This document shows, piece after piece, positions 9,897-19,161 of a stretch of DNA of 64,000 nt. Below the pieces are notes generated by a model. The model saw nothing but the letters and a program-made list of their open reading frames with translations, made no database searches and was not told the DNA's origin. The DNA comes from Kiritimatiellia bacterium (GTDB lineage Bacteria; Verrucomicrobiota; Kiritimatiellia; RFP12; UBA1067), in assembly GCA_045636065.1 (NCBI GenBank), contig JAZTWW010000015.1:2595-66594 (forward strand). Reading direction: 5' to 3'. The translations under genes and the position numbers were made by a program. The number at the start of each line of letters is the position of its first letter. The stretch's first letter is position 1.

Positions 9897-12800
9897 ATGG
9901 AGTTATGGAAGTGAAGATCGTTTCACTCGTTGCGGCCGCAGTTGCATCTGCGGCCGCTTGCGCTTTTGAGTTGGGGGACAAGGTCTACTCGCTCTACGAA
10001 GGCAAAGACCAGGGCTATCAGGAGAAGACGCTCTGGCGCGACGCCGACGCCGCCATCGTATACGAGGGCGAATACGCGATGATTCCCGTCGAGGGGGTCA
10101 CGAAAGACGATGTCATAACGCCCGTCGTCGTATACGGCGGGGCAGGCGCCTCGAATCTCGGCTCGCCGGTCGTATGGAACGACTACTACGTCTTCCAGAA
10201 GGTGAACATGATCTCGAAGGCCGGCTGGCGCGAATCGGAGGACGGCCGCTTCAGGACGTATTACGACCCGAACGCGCGCAAGCCCGTCTTCTACAGATGG
10301 CCCACGGAGCTTTGGGCGACAGGCGCTGTCGACAACCGTGTATGGATAGGCGTCCCCGTTAGGCGCTCCGCCGATGGGGGGCTGAGCCCCACGTTCAGGG
10401 TTGGGATATCCGGCACCGACCAGTACACGAGAACCATATACATCAACAGGACCGACGCTCTCGTCCAGCAGAATTCCGCTTTCACGCCCGAGGGCGTGTT
10501 CGGGCTTTCCGTAAGCGGATACTCGAAGCTCCAGCCCTCTGTGAACCATGCAGGCGACAGGCTCGAGGACGAGACGCGCGACTGGAGGTTTGTCGGACAC
10601 AGCAGCTCCGACAACATCAAGCTTTCCATAGGCCTGCCATCGGCAGGCGAACTCGTCGTTCCCGGCTACGACGGCGAGATAGCCTATACTGTAAGTTCCG
10701 TCGTGAGGCAGTATGGACTTTACAAGAACGATGCAGGATGGGGGAGGCCCGCATTGTGGCTAAGGTCAACTGGTGCCACCAGGGTCACCTTGACTGTGCT
10801 TGCGCATCTTGTCGACTTTGACGGGCTCTGGTTCTACCCCTCGGGGAAGCGTTCCGTCGCGGTGCGCTGCGAATTGAAGCACAAGAGGCCCACAGACGGC
10901 GGCGGCACGGTCGATGAACTTCCCGCCACCGTCACGGGAACTGGCGTATACGAAGAGGGGAGCAAGGTCACTATTTCCGTAACGCCTTACCCGGGCGCGG
11001 AGCTGGTCGGCTGGGAGCTTCCAGCCGGCGTAACGAGGACCATCGGCGGCCCTGCAACGGATTGCAGCTTCACCGTTCCCGCGAGCGTCTGCGGCGAGGC
11101 GTCGGATCACAAGGTCATAACCGTAAGGCCGATATGGAGATCGAGGATTGCGGCATTCACGCTCCCGCAGCCTGCGGGCTATGGATCCGTTACGGGATGC
11201 GGCGACTTCCTGCCCGACGCTGACATGACGAATTCCGTCAAATCGCTCGTGAAGGGCAAGTCGGTCCTTTCGTTCTACGATGTGGGTAATGCCGCCTACA
11301 TCGAGTCGGTCGAGGGGGCCAAGGTCATCTACAGATTCAGGAACGGAGGCTCGGGAACGGTCGCCTCGACCATAAACGCCTTTTTCGGCGACAGCCCGCT
11401 TCTCACCGTCGCGGTAGACGACGATTCGCACGGAAGCGCAACCCCGAAGCCCGGCCGCTACGAGGCGGGCTCGACACTCACGCTCAAGGCGACCGCAAAG
11501 AGGGGTTGGGCGCATACCTCGTGGAAGAGGGGCGATGAGCTTCTTTCGATAACGCCGTCCTTCCAGTATACGACAGGCGTCACGGATGAGACGGTTACGG
11601 CGCATTTCATCTCTACGGAGGATGATGTCCTTCACGGCATATCCCTCAAGGGCGCTGAGCCGGAGCCGGTAAACGCGGGCGAGGCCACGGAAATCTCCTT
11701 CTGGGTGGACAGCCTTTCGCAGCCAAAGGTCACCGTAAAGGGGCTCCCGACGGGCCTCAAGGCGACGCTCGCCGTCCGTGAATCCCCGTGGAAGGACAGC
11801 ATCTGGGCGCCTGATCCGTCAGATCCCCTGGCGGATGTGCCGGACCTCTACCATGCGCTCGTCATTTCGGGGACGCCCACAAAGCCCGGGGTGTATGATG
11901 TTACTGCCTCGATCACAAGCGCCTCCGTGAAGACGCCTGTCGTGGAGCATTTCACGGTCAAGGTGGCGAACTTCACAAGTCCGTACATCTACGGTCTCGA
12001 TCCCGCCTTCGACGCATACGGCCTTACGGCAGGCGTCACGTTGGACGGAACGGAAATCCAGTTCGTCTCCGAGTACGGATGGACCGTTTCCGTAACGGGG
12101 CTGCCGACGGGACTCAAGTACAACGCGAAGACTGGCCTTATAACCGGTACGGCCACGAGGAGCGGCACATACACCGTCACCTTCACGGCGAAGAATGGCC
12201 GCGAAAAGACCGTAGCCTCCATAACAGTCACCGTCGCCGCGATCGATGCCGGTGCGGCCGGCACGTTCAACGGCCTTCTGAAAGACGGCGATGGGGCCGT
12301 CGTCGGAAGCGTCACGGCAAGTGCGACGGCGCAGGGGCGCGTGACTTTGAAGGCCATGACGCCCGCAGGCACCAAGAGCTTCAGCGCAACGGGGTGGGAC
12401 TCGCTCAATGGTGGCGTATACTCCAAGGCTTTCGCCATCAAGGGCGCGAGCGCGGCGATCACAGTCGATCCGGCCGCCGCCGCTGACGCGATGCAGCTTT
12501 CGGGCGAGTGCATCCTCGCCGATGGCGCTCCTGCGGTTTCAATCTCCGCGCAGCGCAACCCGTTCGGCAAGACTGGGAAGGTCTACGAAAACCCCGATGC
12601 CGTCGCGCTTGCAAATACGCTTGCGGGAACTTATGCGTTCGACCTTTTGGAGACCGCCCCAGATCAGTGGGAGCTCGTAGAGCCCGCGAATCCGAAGAAG
12701 CCCGAGCTCAAGCTTACCGTAACGAAGACGACTGGAGCCGTCAAGGTTTCTGGCAAGGTTGGCGGAAGGAGTGTAAGCGCAAGCGGCGTACTCCAGCTTG

Positions 12801-12928
12801 ACGGTACGGGCGCAAAAGTGTCGCTCGCGGCGGTGGCGTTGAGGAAGGGTGTGACGGCGATAACGGTCGAGTTCACGTCCGAGGGCCTTGTCGCCCCGGG
12901 CGCGAGCGCCGTATGGAAGCCGATGTGA
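9893..12928 (+). CDS. large secreted or lipid-anchored protein with InlB-B-repeat-like and putative-Ig (dystroglycan/cadherin-like) domains
   Basis: The N-terminal signal sequence is [23 protein letters not shown]. The repeated pattern G-x-V-x-G-x-G-x-Y-x-x-G-x-x-V-x-(I/L) followed by G-(x)-x-x-(x)-x-W occurs around [26 protein letters not shown], and again with the longer spacing around [23 protein letters not shown]. Two GLPTGLK...G(T/V)Y(T/D)VT motifs are present. ATG 9893 overlaps the ntpB stop (ATGA); ATG 9905 is an alternative. Confidence 0.7.
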   Translation: MNGVMEVKIVSLVAAAVASAAACAFELGDKVYSLYEGKDQGYQEKTLWRDADAAIVYEGEYAMIPVEGVTKDDVITPVVVYGGAGASNLGSPVVWNDYYVFQKVNMISKAGWRESEDGRFRTYYDPNARKPVFYRWPTELWATGAVDNRVWIGVPVRRSADGGLSPTFRVGISGTDQYTRTIYINRTDALVQQNSAFTPEGVFGLSVSGYSKLQPSVNHAGDRLEDETRDWRFVGHSSSDNIKLSIGLPSAGELVVPGYDGEIAYTVSSVVRQYGLYKNDAGWGRPALWLRSTGATRVTLTVLAHLVDFDGLWFYPSGKRSVAVRCELKHKRPTDGGGTVDELPATVTGTGVYEEGSKVTISVTPYPGAELVGWELPAGVTRTIGGPATDCSFTVPASVCGEASDHKVITVRPIWRSRIAAFTLPQPAGYGSVTGCGDFLPDADMTNSVKSLVKGKSVLSFYDVGNAAYIESVEGAKVIYRFRNGGSGTVASTINAFFGDSPLLTVAVDDDSHGSATPKPGRYEAGSTLTLKATAKRGWAHTSWKRGDELLSITPSFQYTTGVTDETVTAHFISTEDDVLHGISLKGAEPEPVNAGEATEISFWVDSLSQPKVTVKGLPTGLKATLAVRESPWKDSIWAPDPSDPLADVPDLYHALVISGTPTKPGVYDVTASITSASVKTPVVEHFTVKVANFTSPYIYGLDPAFDAYGLTAGVTLDGTEIQFVSEYGWTVSVTGLPTGLKYNAKTGLITGTATRSGTYTVTFTAKNGREKTVASITVTVAAIDAGAAGTFNGLLKDGDGAVVGSVTASATAQGRVTLKAMTPAGTKSFSATGWDSLNGGVYSKAFAIKGASAAITVDPAAAADAMQLSGECILADGAPAVSISAQRNPFGKTGKVYENPDAVALANTLAGTYAFDLLETAPDQWELVEPANPKKPELKLTVTKTTGAVKVSGKVGGRSVSASGVLQLDGTGAKVSLAAVALRKGVTAITVEFTSEGLVAPGASAVWKPM

Positions 12929-13112
12929 TGCAGTTTCATGCGAAGCGGGAAGGGACGGTCGCCCGGCTTGAGACGAGCGAGTACGACAGCAATGCGTGGA
13001 GCCTTTTCCTCATAAACCGCCACGAGGTGCGTACGTCGTGCTTCATCCTGAAGCCCGTCGCCCCCCTAGCGGCTCCCGCCGAGTAACGGCGGATGAAAGG
13101 ATTTTAGACACA

Positions 13113-16100
13113 GTGAAAAAAACGATACTTGCGGCCATAGCTTTCGCTTCGGCCTTTACGGCGTTCCCCAACGGCGAGGTGCCGTTCCGCGGGGTTGTGG
13201 AAGGGTACTACGGGCGTGCATGGGGCACCGAGGGGCGCATCTCCATGCTCGAGTTCATGGGCAGGAATGGCCTTAACACGTTCATCTACGGCCCCAAGGA
13301 CGATCCATACCACCATCAAAGATGGCGCGAGCCGTACCCCGCCGAGGAGATGGCCGGCTTCAGGAGGCTTCTCGACTGTGCGCGGAAGAACAAGGTGAAG
13401 CTGTACTGGGCGATCCATCTCGGCGGAAGCTTCAATGGCGCAGACAAGGCGGACTGGGCGGCCCTTTTCCGCAAGCTCGGTCTCATGTACGACGCGGGCT
13501 TTAGAGCCTTCGCCGTCTTCTTCGACGACTTCGGCGGGGCGGACGCCGCGCTGCACGCCGAGATATGCAACCGCATCGTGCGCGATTTCCTTTCGAAGCG
13601 CAAAGGGTGCGAGCCTCTTGTCATGTGCCCCAACGTCTACTGGGGATCGGGCCATCCGTACCACCGTACGCTCGGCGAAAGGCTTGATGGAAGGGTCATG
13701 GTCATGTGGACAGGCGCGGGGATCTGCTCTGACATACGCGCCAGCGACGTGGAGCGCATAACGAAGGACCTTAGGAGGCCGCCTTTCATATGGTGGAACT
13801 GGCCCGTCAACGACTACTGCCGCTCGGCGCTCCTTCTGGGGCGGGCATACGGGCTTGAGCCAGCGCCTATAGCCGGAATCGTCGCCAACCCGATGGAGAA
13901 CTGCGAGGCTAGCAAGATAGCGCTCTACGGCTTTGCGAAGTGGTGCGCGGATCCGAAGGGCTTCGATTCTCTCAAATGCTGGAACGAGACCTTCGATGCG
14001 CTCTATCCCGATCCCGAGATAGCGCGTGCGATGCGCGTTTTTGCCGAGCACAATTCCGACCAGGGCCCGAACGTCCACCGCTACCGCCGCGAGGAGAGCG
14101 TCTCGGCTAAAGCGCTCTGCGAAAAGGCTTCAGGCGAGCTTTCAAGGGACGGGCGAGTCTCGGCGATTACCGCCATGGAGCTTGCAAAGCTTTTCTCCAA
14201 GGTGTACCACGCCTCTAAGACTCTTGGTGCAAAGCTCCCGAAGGGCAGGTACGACCTCGGCTGGGAGATCGAGGGCTGGGTCGAGAACGAGGAGTTCCTC
14301 ATGGGGCAGGGTATGTTGGCCCTCAAGCTCTCTGCGGCAAATGCCGTAGAGGAGGCGACGCCCTACCTTGCGCTTCTAAGCAGGATACGCGAAGACGACA
14401 AGGCGTCCGCCGCACGGCACTGCAGGAAATTCGCGGAGGCGACGTTTGCGGCCGACCGCAAGAACGTCAAGCGCCCCGTGGCGTCGGCGCGCGAGCTGCG
14501 CCCGCTCGTCGACAGCCTGCTTTCCTCGGCGCTCGGGAGGCTCTACAAGATGAAATACTCGCGCGAGGCCCCTCACGCCGAGACCGTGCGCGCGTTCTCA
14601 TCCGCCAAGGCTCTCTCCTCGCCGACAGCATCGCGCGACGGCAAGTATGCGGGGCTCGCCCGTATCATGGAGCCTATCGAGATTGCGCCAGACGAGTCGT
14701 TCGGCATTTCCGTTCCCGGGACGTGGACCACGGACTACTTCCACGCGAGGCTCGGGTGCGCGGAGGCTGTTTCAGGCGGTGCGATAGAGGTTTCGCAGGA
14801 CGGCGAGACGTGGTACAGGCTTGAGTCGTTCGACAAGGGCACCGAAATGCAGGCGAGGATAGATCCGGACGACGGCTGGCGCCATGCGCGCTACCGCAAT
14901 GTGTCTGACGCCCCCGTGAAGGTCAAGATCGAGCTTTTCAAGTTCGATATCGCCGATGCCGACGATCCCATGGACGCGGTAATCAAGGAGCTCCTTACGG
15001 AAGGGATCGCCGTTAGGCTCGCCCCGGACGGCACGAACGACATGACAAGCGCGCTTCTCGACGCTGTTTCCCGAGGCGGGAAGGTCACCCTCGCCGCCGG
15101 AACGTACCACTTCTACGCCGAGAACGCCCGCAAGATGCGGATATACATCTCGAACCACGACCAGCCCATGCCGCGCCGCGTGCAGCTGCCCATATGCGGC
15201 GTTGACGGGCTTTCCCTCTCCGGCGAGGGCGAAGGCGCGAAGTTCATTTTCCACGGCGAGGCGACGGGCATTCTTGTGATGGATTCGTCCAATGTGAAGA
15301 TCTCAGGGATCTCGCTCGACTGGGCCGAGCCTCCGATAGGCGAGGCTCGCATAAAGGGGTTCAGCTCGCCGGGAGTTCCGTCCATCGAGTGGATCGTTGA
15401 AGGGTGCGACGGCAAAGCCTCGGCGAGGATGCTCTGGGACGGGGAGACGCGTTCGATAAAGCCGGGAACCGGCGACTGGTTCGACATCGCCAAGGCGAAA
15501 GTTGGGGATGTCATATCATACCGCACTTGGCTTAGGCCGTCGCCTGCAATATGCCTCTACCGCGCCTCAGGCGTGAAGTTCGAGGATGTGGTCATACACT
15601 CCGCGCACGGAATGGGGCTTCTCGCGCAGCGCTCCAAGGATATCGAATGGCGCGGGGGCGGCGTCTATCCGAGAAGCGGATGCTTCTGCTCCACAAAGGC
15701 GGACGCCACGCATTTCTCGAACTGCCGCGGGCGCATCTCCGTCACCGGGGCGCGCTTCGAGGGGATGATGGACGATGCGATAAACGTCCATTCTACGTGC
15801 CTTCGCATAGAGAAGAAGCTTGCCGCAAACAGGATCCGCTGCCGCTACGTGCACGATCAGGCGATCGGGTTCGAGACGTTCGCGCCAGGCGAGACGCTCA
15901 GGTTCATACGCGCAGCGACGCTTGAGAACGGGCCCGTCGCGAAGGTGGTGGCGGTGGATCCTCAAAGCGAGAGGCTCGTCGATCTCACTCTCGACGATGC
16001 GGGGGCCGCGGCGCTCGCCGGATACGCCGAGGGCGATGCCGTCGAGAACGCCGACTGGCAGCCGTCGGTCGTTTTCTCGTCCAATACCGTACGCAACAAC

Positions 16101-16472
16101 AGGGCCAGGGCCGCGCTTTTCACGACGCCCGGGCGCGTTACGGTTAAGGGGAACGTGTTCGACCACGTTTCCGGCTCGGCGATACTTTTCGCTGGCGACG
16201 CCTCGAACTGGTACGAGTCGGGCGCCTGCGGCGACGTTGAGATAAGCGGAAACGAGTTCATCGATTGCCTTACCTCGGAGTACCAGTTCTGCAACGCGGT
16301 CATAACCTCCGCGCCGTCCGTTCCGGACCTGGCCGGGCAGAAGACTCCGTACCACCGCAACATCCGCGTCGTGGGCAACACGTTCCGCTGCCCCGGTGCC
16401 GTCATCTGGGATGGCGTAAGCGTTGCGGATGTCGTCTGGCGCGACAACAAAGTGGAGAGCGCCGCCAAATAG
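13113..16472 (+). CDS. multi-domain glycosidase: GH84-like beta-N-acetylglucosaminidase + discoidin/CBM-like module + C-terminal right-handed beta-helix (GH110-like) domain
   Basis: The signal peptide is VKKTILAAIAFASAFTAF, from GTG 13113, with AAAGGA 12 nt upstream. The GH84 signature is GVVEGYYGRAWG...LNTFIYGPKDDPYH...FAVFFDDFGG, with the catalytic DD at 13524-13529. The beta-helix part reads GTYHFYAENARKMRIYISNHDQ...FIFHGEATGILVMDSSNVKISGISLDWAEPP. The GH110 resemblance is from memory. Confidence 0.8.
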   Translation: MKKTILAAIAFASAFTAFPNGEVPFRGVVEGYYGRAWGTEGRISMLEFMGRNGLNTFIYGPKDDPYHHQRWREPYPAEEMAGFRRLLDCARKNKVKLYWAIHLGGSFNGADKADWAALFRKLGLMYDAGFRAFAVFFDDFGGADAALHAEICNRIVRDFLSKRKGCEPLVMCPNVYWGSGHPYHRTLGERLDGRVMVMWTGAGICSDIRASDVERITKDLRRPPFIWWNWPVNDYCRSALLLGRAYGLEPAPIAGIVANPMENCEASKIALYGFAKWCADPKGFDSLKCWNETFDALYPDPEIARAMRVFAEHNSDQGPNVHRYRREESVSAKALCEKASGELSRDGRVSAITAMELAKLFSKVYHASKTLGAKLPKGRYDLGWEIEGWVENEEFLMGQGMLALKLSAANAVEEATPYLALLSRIREDDKASAARHCRKFAEATFAADRKNVKRPVASARELRPLVDSLLSSALGRLYKMKYSREAPHAETVRAFSSAKALSSPTASRDGKYAGLARIMEPIEIAPDESFGISVPGTWTTDYFHARLGCAEAVSGGAIEVSQDGETWYRLESFDKGTEMQARIDPDDGWRHARYRNVSDAPVKVKIELFKFDIADADDPMDAVIKELLTEGIAVRLAPDGTNDMTSALLDAVSRGGKVTLAAGTYHFYAENARKMRIYISNHDQPMPRRVQLPICGVDGLSLSGEGEGAKFIFHGEATGILVMDSSNVKISGISLDWAEPPIGEARIKGFSSPGVPSIEWIVEGCDGKASARMLWDGETRSIKPGTGDWFDIAKAKVGDVISYRTWLRPSPAICLYRASGVKFEDVVIHSAHGMGLLAQRSKDIEWRGGGVYPRSGCFCSTKADATHFSNCRGRISVTGARFEGMMDDAINVHSTCLRIEKKLAANRIRCRYVHDQAIGFETFAPGETLRFIRAATLENGPVAKVVAVDPQSERLVDLTLDDAGAAALAGYAEGDAVENADWQPSVVFSSNTVRNNRARAALFTTPGRVTVKGNVFDHVSGSAILFAGDASNWYESGACGDVEISGNEFIDCLTSEYQFCNAVITSAPSVPDLAGQKTPYHRNIRVVGNTFRCPGAVIWDGVSVADVVWRDNKVESAAK

Positions 16473-16488
16473 CCGGCAGCATAGCCGC

Positions 16489-16507
16489 AAAAAAAAAAAT
16501 ATTTTTT
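16489..16507. promoter_or_regulatory. A11-T-A-T6 tract (near-palindromic), UP-element-like or weak bidirectional terminator
   Basis: aaaaaaaaaaatatttttt is flanked by gccgc/acggc. It lies 11-29 nt upstream of the rpoD -35 hexamer and 17 nt after the glycosidase stop. Confidence 0.35.
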
Positions 16508-16517
16508 ACGGCGGGGG

Positions 16518-16546
16518 TTGACTTTCGCCTAAGTGTGTGATATACT
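16518..16546 (+). promoter_or_regulatory. rpoD promoter P1 (extended -10)
   Basis: TTGACT (16518-16523), a 17-nt spacer, then TATACT (16541-16546), preceded by TGa. Confidence 0.6.
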
Positions 16547-16552
16547 TTGCAC

Positions 16553-16582
16553 TTGACATCTTGCATAAGCTAGAACTATAGA
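16553..16582 (+). promoter_or_regulatory. possible second rpoD promoter P2
   Basis: TTGACA (16553-16558), an 18-nt spacer, then TATAGA (16577-16582). GGAG at 16585-16588 precedes ATG 16594. Confidence 0.4.
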
Positions 16583-16593
16583 CTGGAGTCGAG

Positions 16594-18678
16594 ATGGGCA
16601 TTATCAAAACTTCGAAGACGGCGAAGAAGGAAAACGCAAAGAAGACGGCGAAGAAAACGGAGCCTAAGTCAAGATCTCAGGCGAAGCGGAAGGAGGCGGC
16701 CCCCCTTGAGGAGCCCGTCTCCGTCGATTCCTATTCCGAGGAGGAGGAAGTCGACGAATTCCCCGACATCGACGACGTCGCCGTGCCGGAGCTCGATGAT
16801 GCCGAGGGCGATGAGGCCGAACTCGCCGCAAGGACGCTCGATCTGGATTCGCTCGCGCAGGAGGTCTCCGAGAACGATTCCCTCGCCGTCCTCGACGAGG
16901 ACATGCCTGACATCAGCGCCATCGACGAGGATGTGATGCCGGATTTCGGCGGCATCCTGCCGCTTTCCGGCTCTAGCGAGATCGAGGACGAATTCGACGT
17001 CGAAGGCGTCATCAGCGGTTTTGGCGACAGGAGCATTCTCGGAGTCGAGGAGCGCAACGCCGTCATCCAGGAGGTGAAGCAGCGCTCGGAGAAGAACGGC
17101 GGCTTCGTCACCTTCGAGGAGCTCAACCAGATAGTCCCCGCCACCGTGCAGGACGAGCAGACTCTCGAAGAGTATCTCGGCATCCTCCAGGCGCTCAACG
17201 TCACCGTCATCCGCTCCGAGGATGTGGACGACTACCTCGCGCGCAAGGAGAAGAGCGCCGACGGGAAGATCCATCCTTCGCGCGACCTTTTCGACGACCC
17301 GATCCGCATGTACCTCCACCAGATGGGCCAGGTGCCGCTTTTGACGCGCGACGAGGAGGTCGGCATCTGCCAGAGCATCGAGGAGGCGGAGAGGCAGACG
17401 AAGGACGTCTTCAACCTTTTCGCGTTCACGCCCGGGATGTACCTGAAGCTTCTCGAAAGGCTCGAGAACATGGACGAGCGCTTCGACCGCGTCGTCACCG
17501 ACAAGTTCGACGAGAACCGCGATGCGTACATGCTCCAGGTCCCTGAACTGAGGAAGCGCCTCCAGGAGATCGACAGGAAGATGCAGGACGCCTGCCGCAA
17601 GCAGGCCGAGGTGTTCGCCAACGCCAAGAACGCAACGCCCCAGCAGGTGCGCGGCGCGCAGAAGGCTTTGCAGAACGCCCGCAAGAGCCTCAAGGACATC
17701 TTCATGGAGCTCAACTTCAAGCAGAAGATACTTGAAGGCCTCATCGCCGAGGCGGATGAGCTCGTGTACCTCCCGTACAAGCGCGAGATGGCCAGGATGG
17801 CGAAGCTCAACTCGCAGAACCGCAGCAAGCGCCGCGAGGAGGAGCTTTCCGACTGCCGCGCGAAGATGGCCGATCTCGAGATGCGCTTCGGCATGCCGCC
17901 CGAGGAGTTCCTCACGACGTTCGATGGGCTGAGGACCGTTCTCAAGAAGGGCCAGGAGGCCCGCACGAAGATGGTCGAGGCGAACCTGAGGCTCGTCATC
18001 TCCATCGTCAAGAAGTACATGAACCGCGGCCTTTCGTTCCTCGATCTCATCCAGGAGGGCAACACCGGGCTCATGAAGGCCGTCGAGAAGTTCGAGTACA
18101 AGCGCGGCTACAAGTTTTCGACGTACGCCACGTGGTGGATCCGTCAGGCCGCGACGCGCGCCATCGCCGACCAGGCGAGGACCATCCGCATCCCCGTGCA
18201 CATGATCGAAACGATCAACAAGCTTATGCGCGTCCAGAAGAAGCTCATCCAGAAGCTCGGCCGCGAGCCCACCGAAAGGGAGCTTTCCCTTGAGATGGAG
18301 ATGAGCTCCGAGGAGGTGCGCAAGGTCTACAGGATGTCGCAGCAGCCCATTTCGCTCCAGAGCAAGGTGGGCGACAACGACGACGCGAGATACGGCGATT
18401 TCATCCCGGACTCGCAGGCAGAGAACCCCAGCGAGCAGACGGCGTACGCGATGCTCAAGGAGAGGCTCAAGGAGATTTTGACGACGCTTACCGACCGCGA
18501 ACGTCAAGTGCTGGACTACCGCTTCGGACTTACAGACGGCTATTCCCGCACGCTTGAAGAGGTCGGCAAAATGTTCAACGTGACGCGCGAGCGAATCCGC
18601 CAGATCGAAGCGAAGGCGCTGAGGAAGCTGCGTCACCCGTCCCGTCTCAAGAAGCTCGACGGTTTCATCGGGCCGTGA
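16594..18678 (+). CDS. rpoD: primary RNA polymerase sigma factor (sigma70) with long Lys-rich then acidic N-terminal extension
   Basis: Regions 2-4 are readable in [35 protein letters not shown] and [30 protein letters not shown]. Confidence 0.97.
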   Translation: MGIIKTSKTAKKENAKKTAKKTEPKSRSQAKRKEAAPLEEPVSVDSYSEEEEVDEFPDIDDVAVPELDDAEGDEAELAARTLDLDSLAQEVSENDSLAVLDEDMPDISAIDEDVMPDFGGILPLSGSSEIEDEFDVEGVISGFGDRSILGVEERNAVIQEVKQRSEKNGGFVTFEELNQIVPATVQDEQTLEEYLGILQALNVTVIRSEDVDDYLARKEKSADGKIHPSRDLFDDPIRMYLHQMGQVPLLTRDEEVGICQSIEEAERQTKDVFNLFAFTPGMYLKLLERLENMDERFDRVVTDKFDENRDAYMLQVPELRKRLQEIDRKMQDACRKQAEVFANAKNATPQQVRGAQKALQNARKSLKDIFMELNFKQKILEGLIAEADELVYLPYKREMARMAKLNSQNRSKRREEELSDCRAKMADLEMRFGMPPEEFLTTFDGLRTVLKKGQEARTKMVEANLRLVISIVKKYMNRGLSFLDLIQEGNTGLMKAVEKFEYKRGYKFSTYATWWIRQAATRAIADQARTIRIPVHMIETINKLMRVQKKLIQKLGREPTERELSLEMEMSSEEVRKVYRMSQQPISLQSKVGDNDDARYGDFIPDSQAENPSEQTAYAMLKERLKEILTTLTDRERQVLDYRFGLTDGYSRTLEEVGKMFNVTRERIRQIEAKALRKLRHPSRLKKLDGFIGP

Positions 18679-18684
18679 GAGGGC

Positions 18685-18716
18685 GAAAAGAGAGAAGAGA
18701 GAGAAGGAGAGAGAAG
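18685..18716 (+). repeat. 32-nt uninterrupted purine (GA-rich) tract
   Basis: gaaaagagagaagagagagaaggagagagaag lies between the rpoD stop (18678) and ATG 18722. Confidence 0.9.
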
Positions 18717-18721
18717 CTACA

Positions 18722-19141
18722 ATGAACAGCTGGTTGTATCTGGTGTTGGCGTTCGCCGCAGGGGTTGTCGCGGGTTTTCTGGCGGCCATGTTCCTTTGCC
18801 GCCCCCGCAAGGCGAAGCCGCCGAAGATGGAGAAGCGCGCCAAGGCGAAGGCGAAGCCGGCAGAGGATCCGCGTCCGCCGCTTCCGGAGGGAAGCACGGA
18901 GATATACGTCGGGAACCTGAGCTACGACCTCGCCGAGGAGGAGCTGCGCAAGGCGTTCGAGAAGTTCGGGGCCGTGAGCCATGCCCGCGTCGTGACGTAT
19001 CCCTCGAACGGCAAGTCCAAAGGTTTCGGTTTTGTCGTGATGCCAAACCGTCCCGAGGCGGAATCTGCCATAGCCGCAATGAACGACGCCGAGCTGATGG
19101 GCAGGAAGATGCGCGTCAACGAGGCGCGCAAGAGCCGCTGA
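18722..19141 (+). CDS. RRM-type RNA-binding protein with N-terminal transmembrane helix
   Basis: The TM helix is WLYLVLAFAAGVVAGFLAAMFLC, followed by a Lys/Pro-rich linker. The RRM has RNP2 IYVGNL and RNP1 KGFGFVVM. Confidence 0.85.
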   Translation: MNSWLYLVLAFAAGVVAGFLAAMFLCRPRKAKPPKMEKRAKAKAKPAEDPRPPLPEGSTEIYVGNLSYDLAEEELRKAFEKFGAVSHARVVTYPSNGKSKGFGFVVMPNRPEAESAIAAMNDAELMGRKMRVNEARKSR

Positions 19142-19161
19142 GCGGCTTTTGAGGCCAGGGG

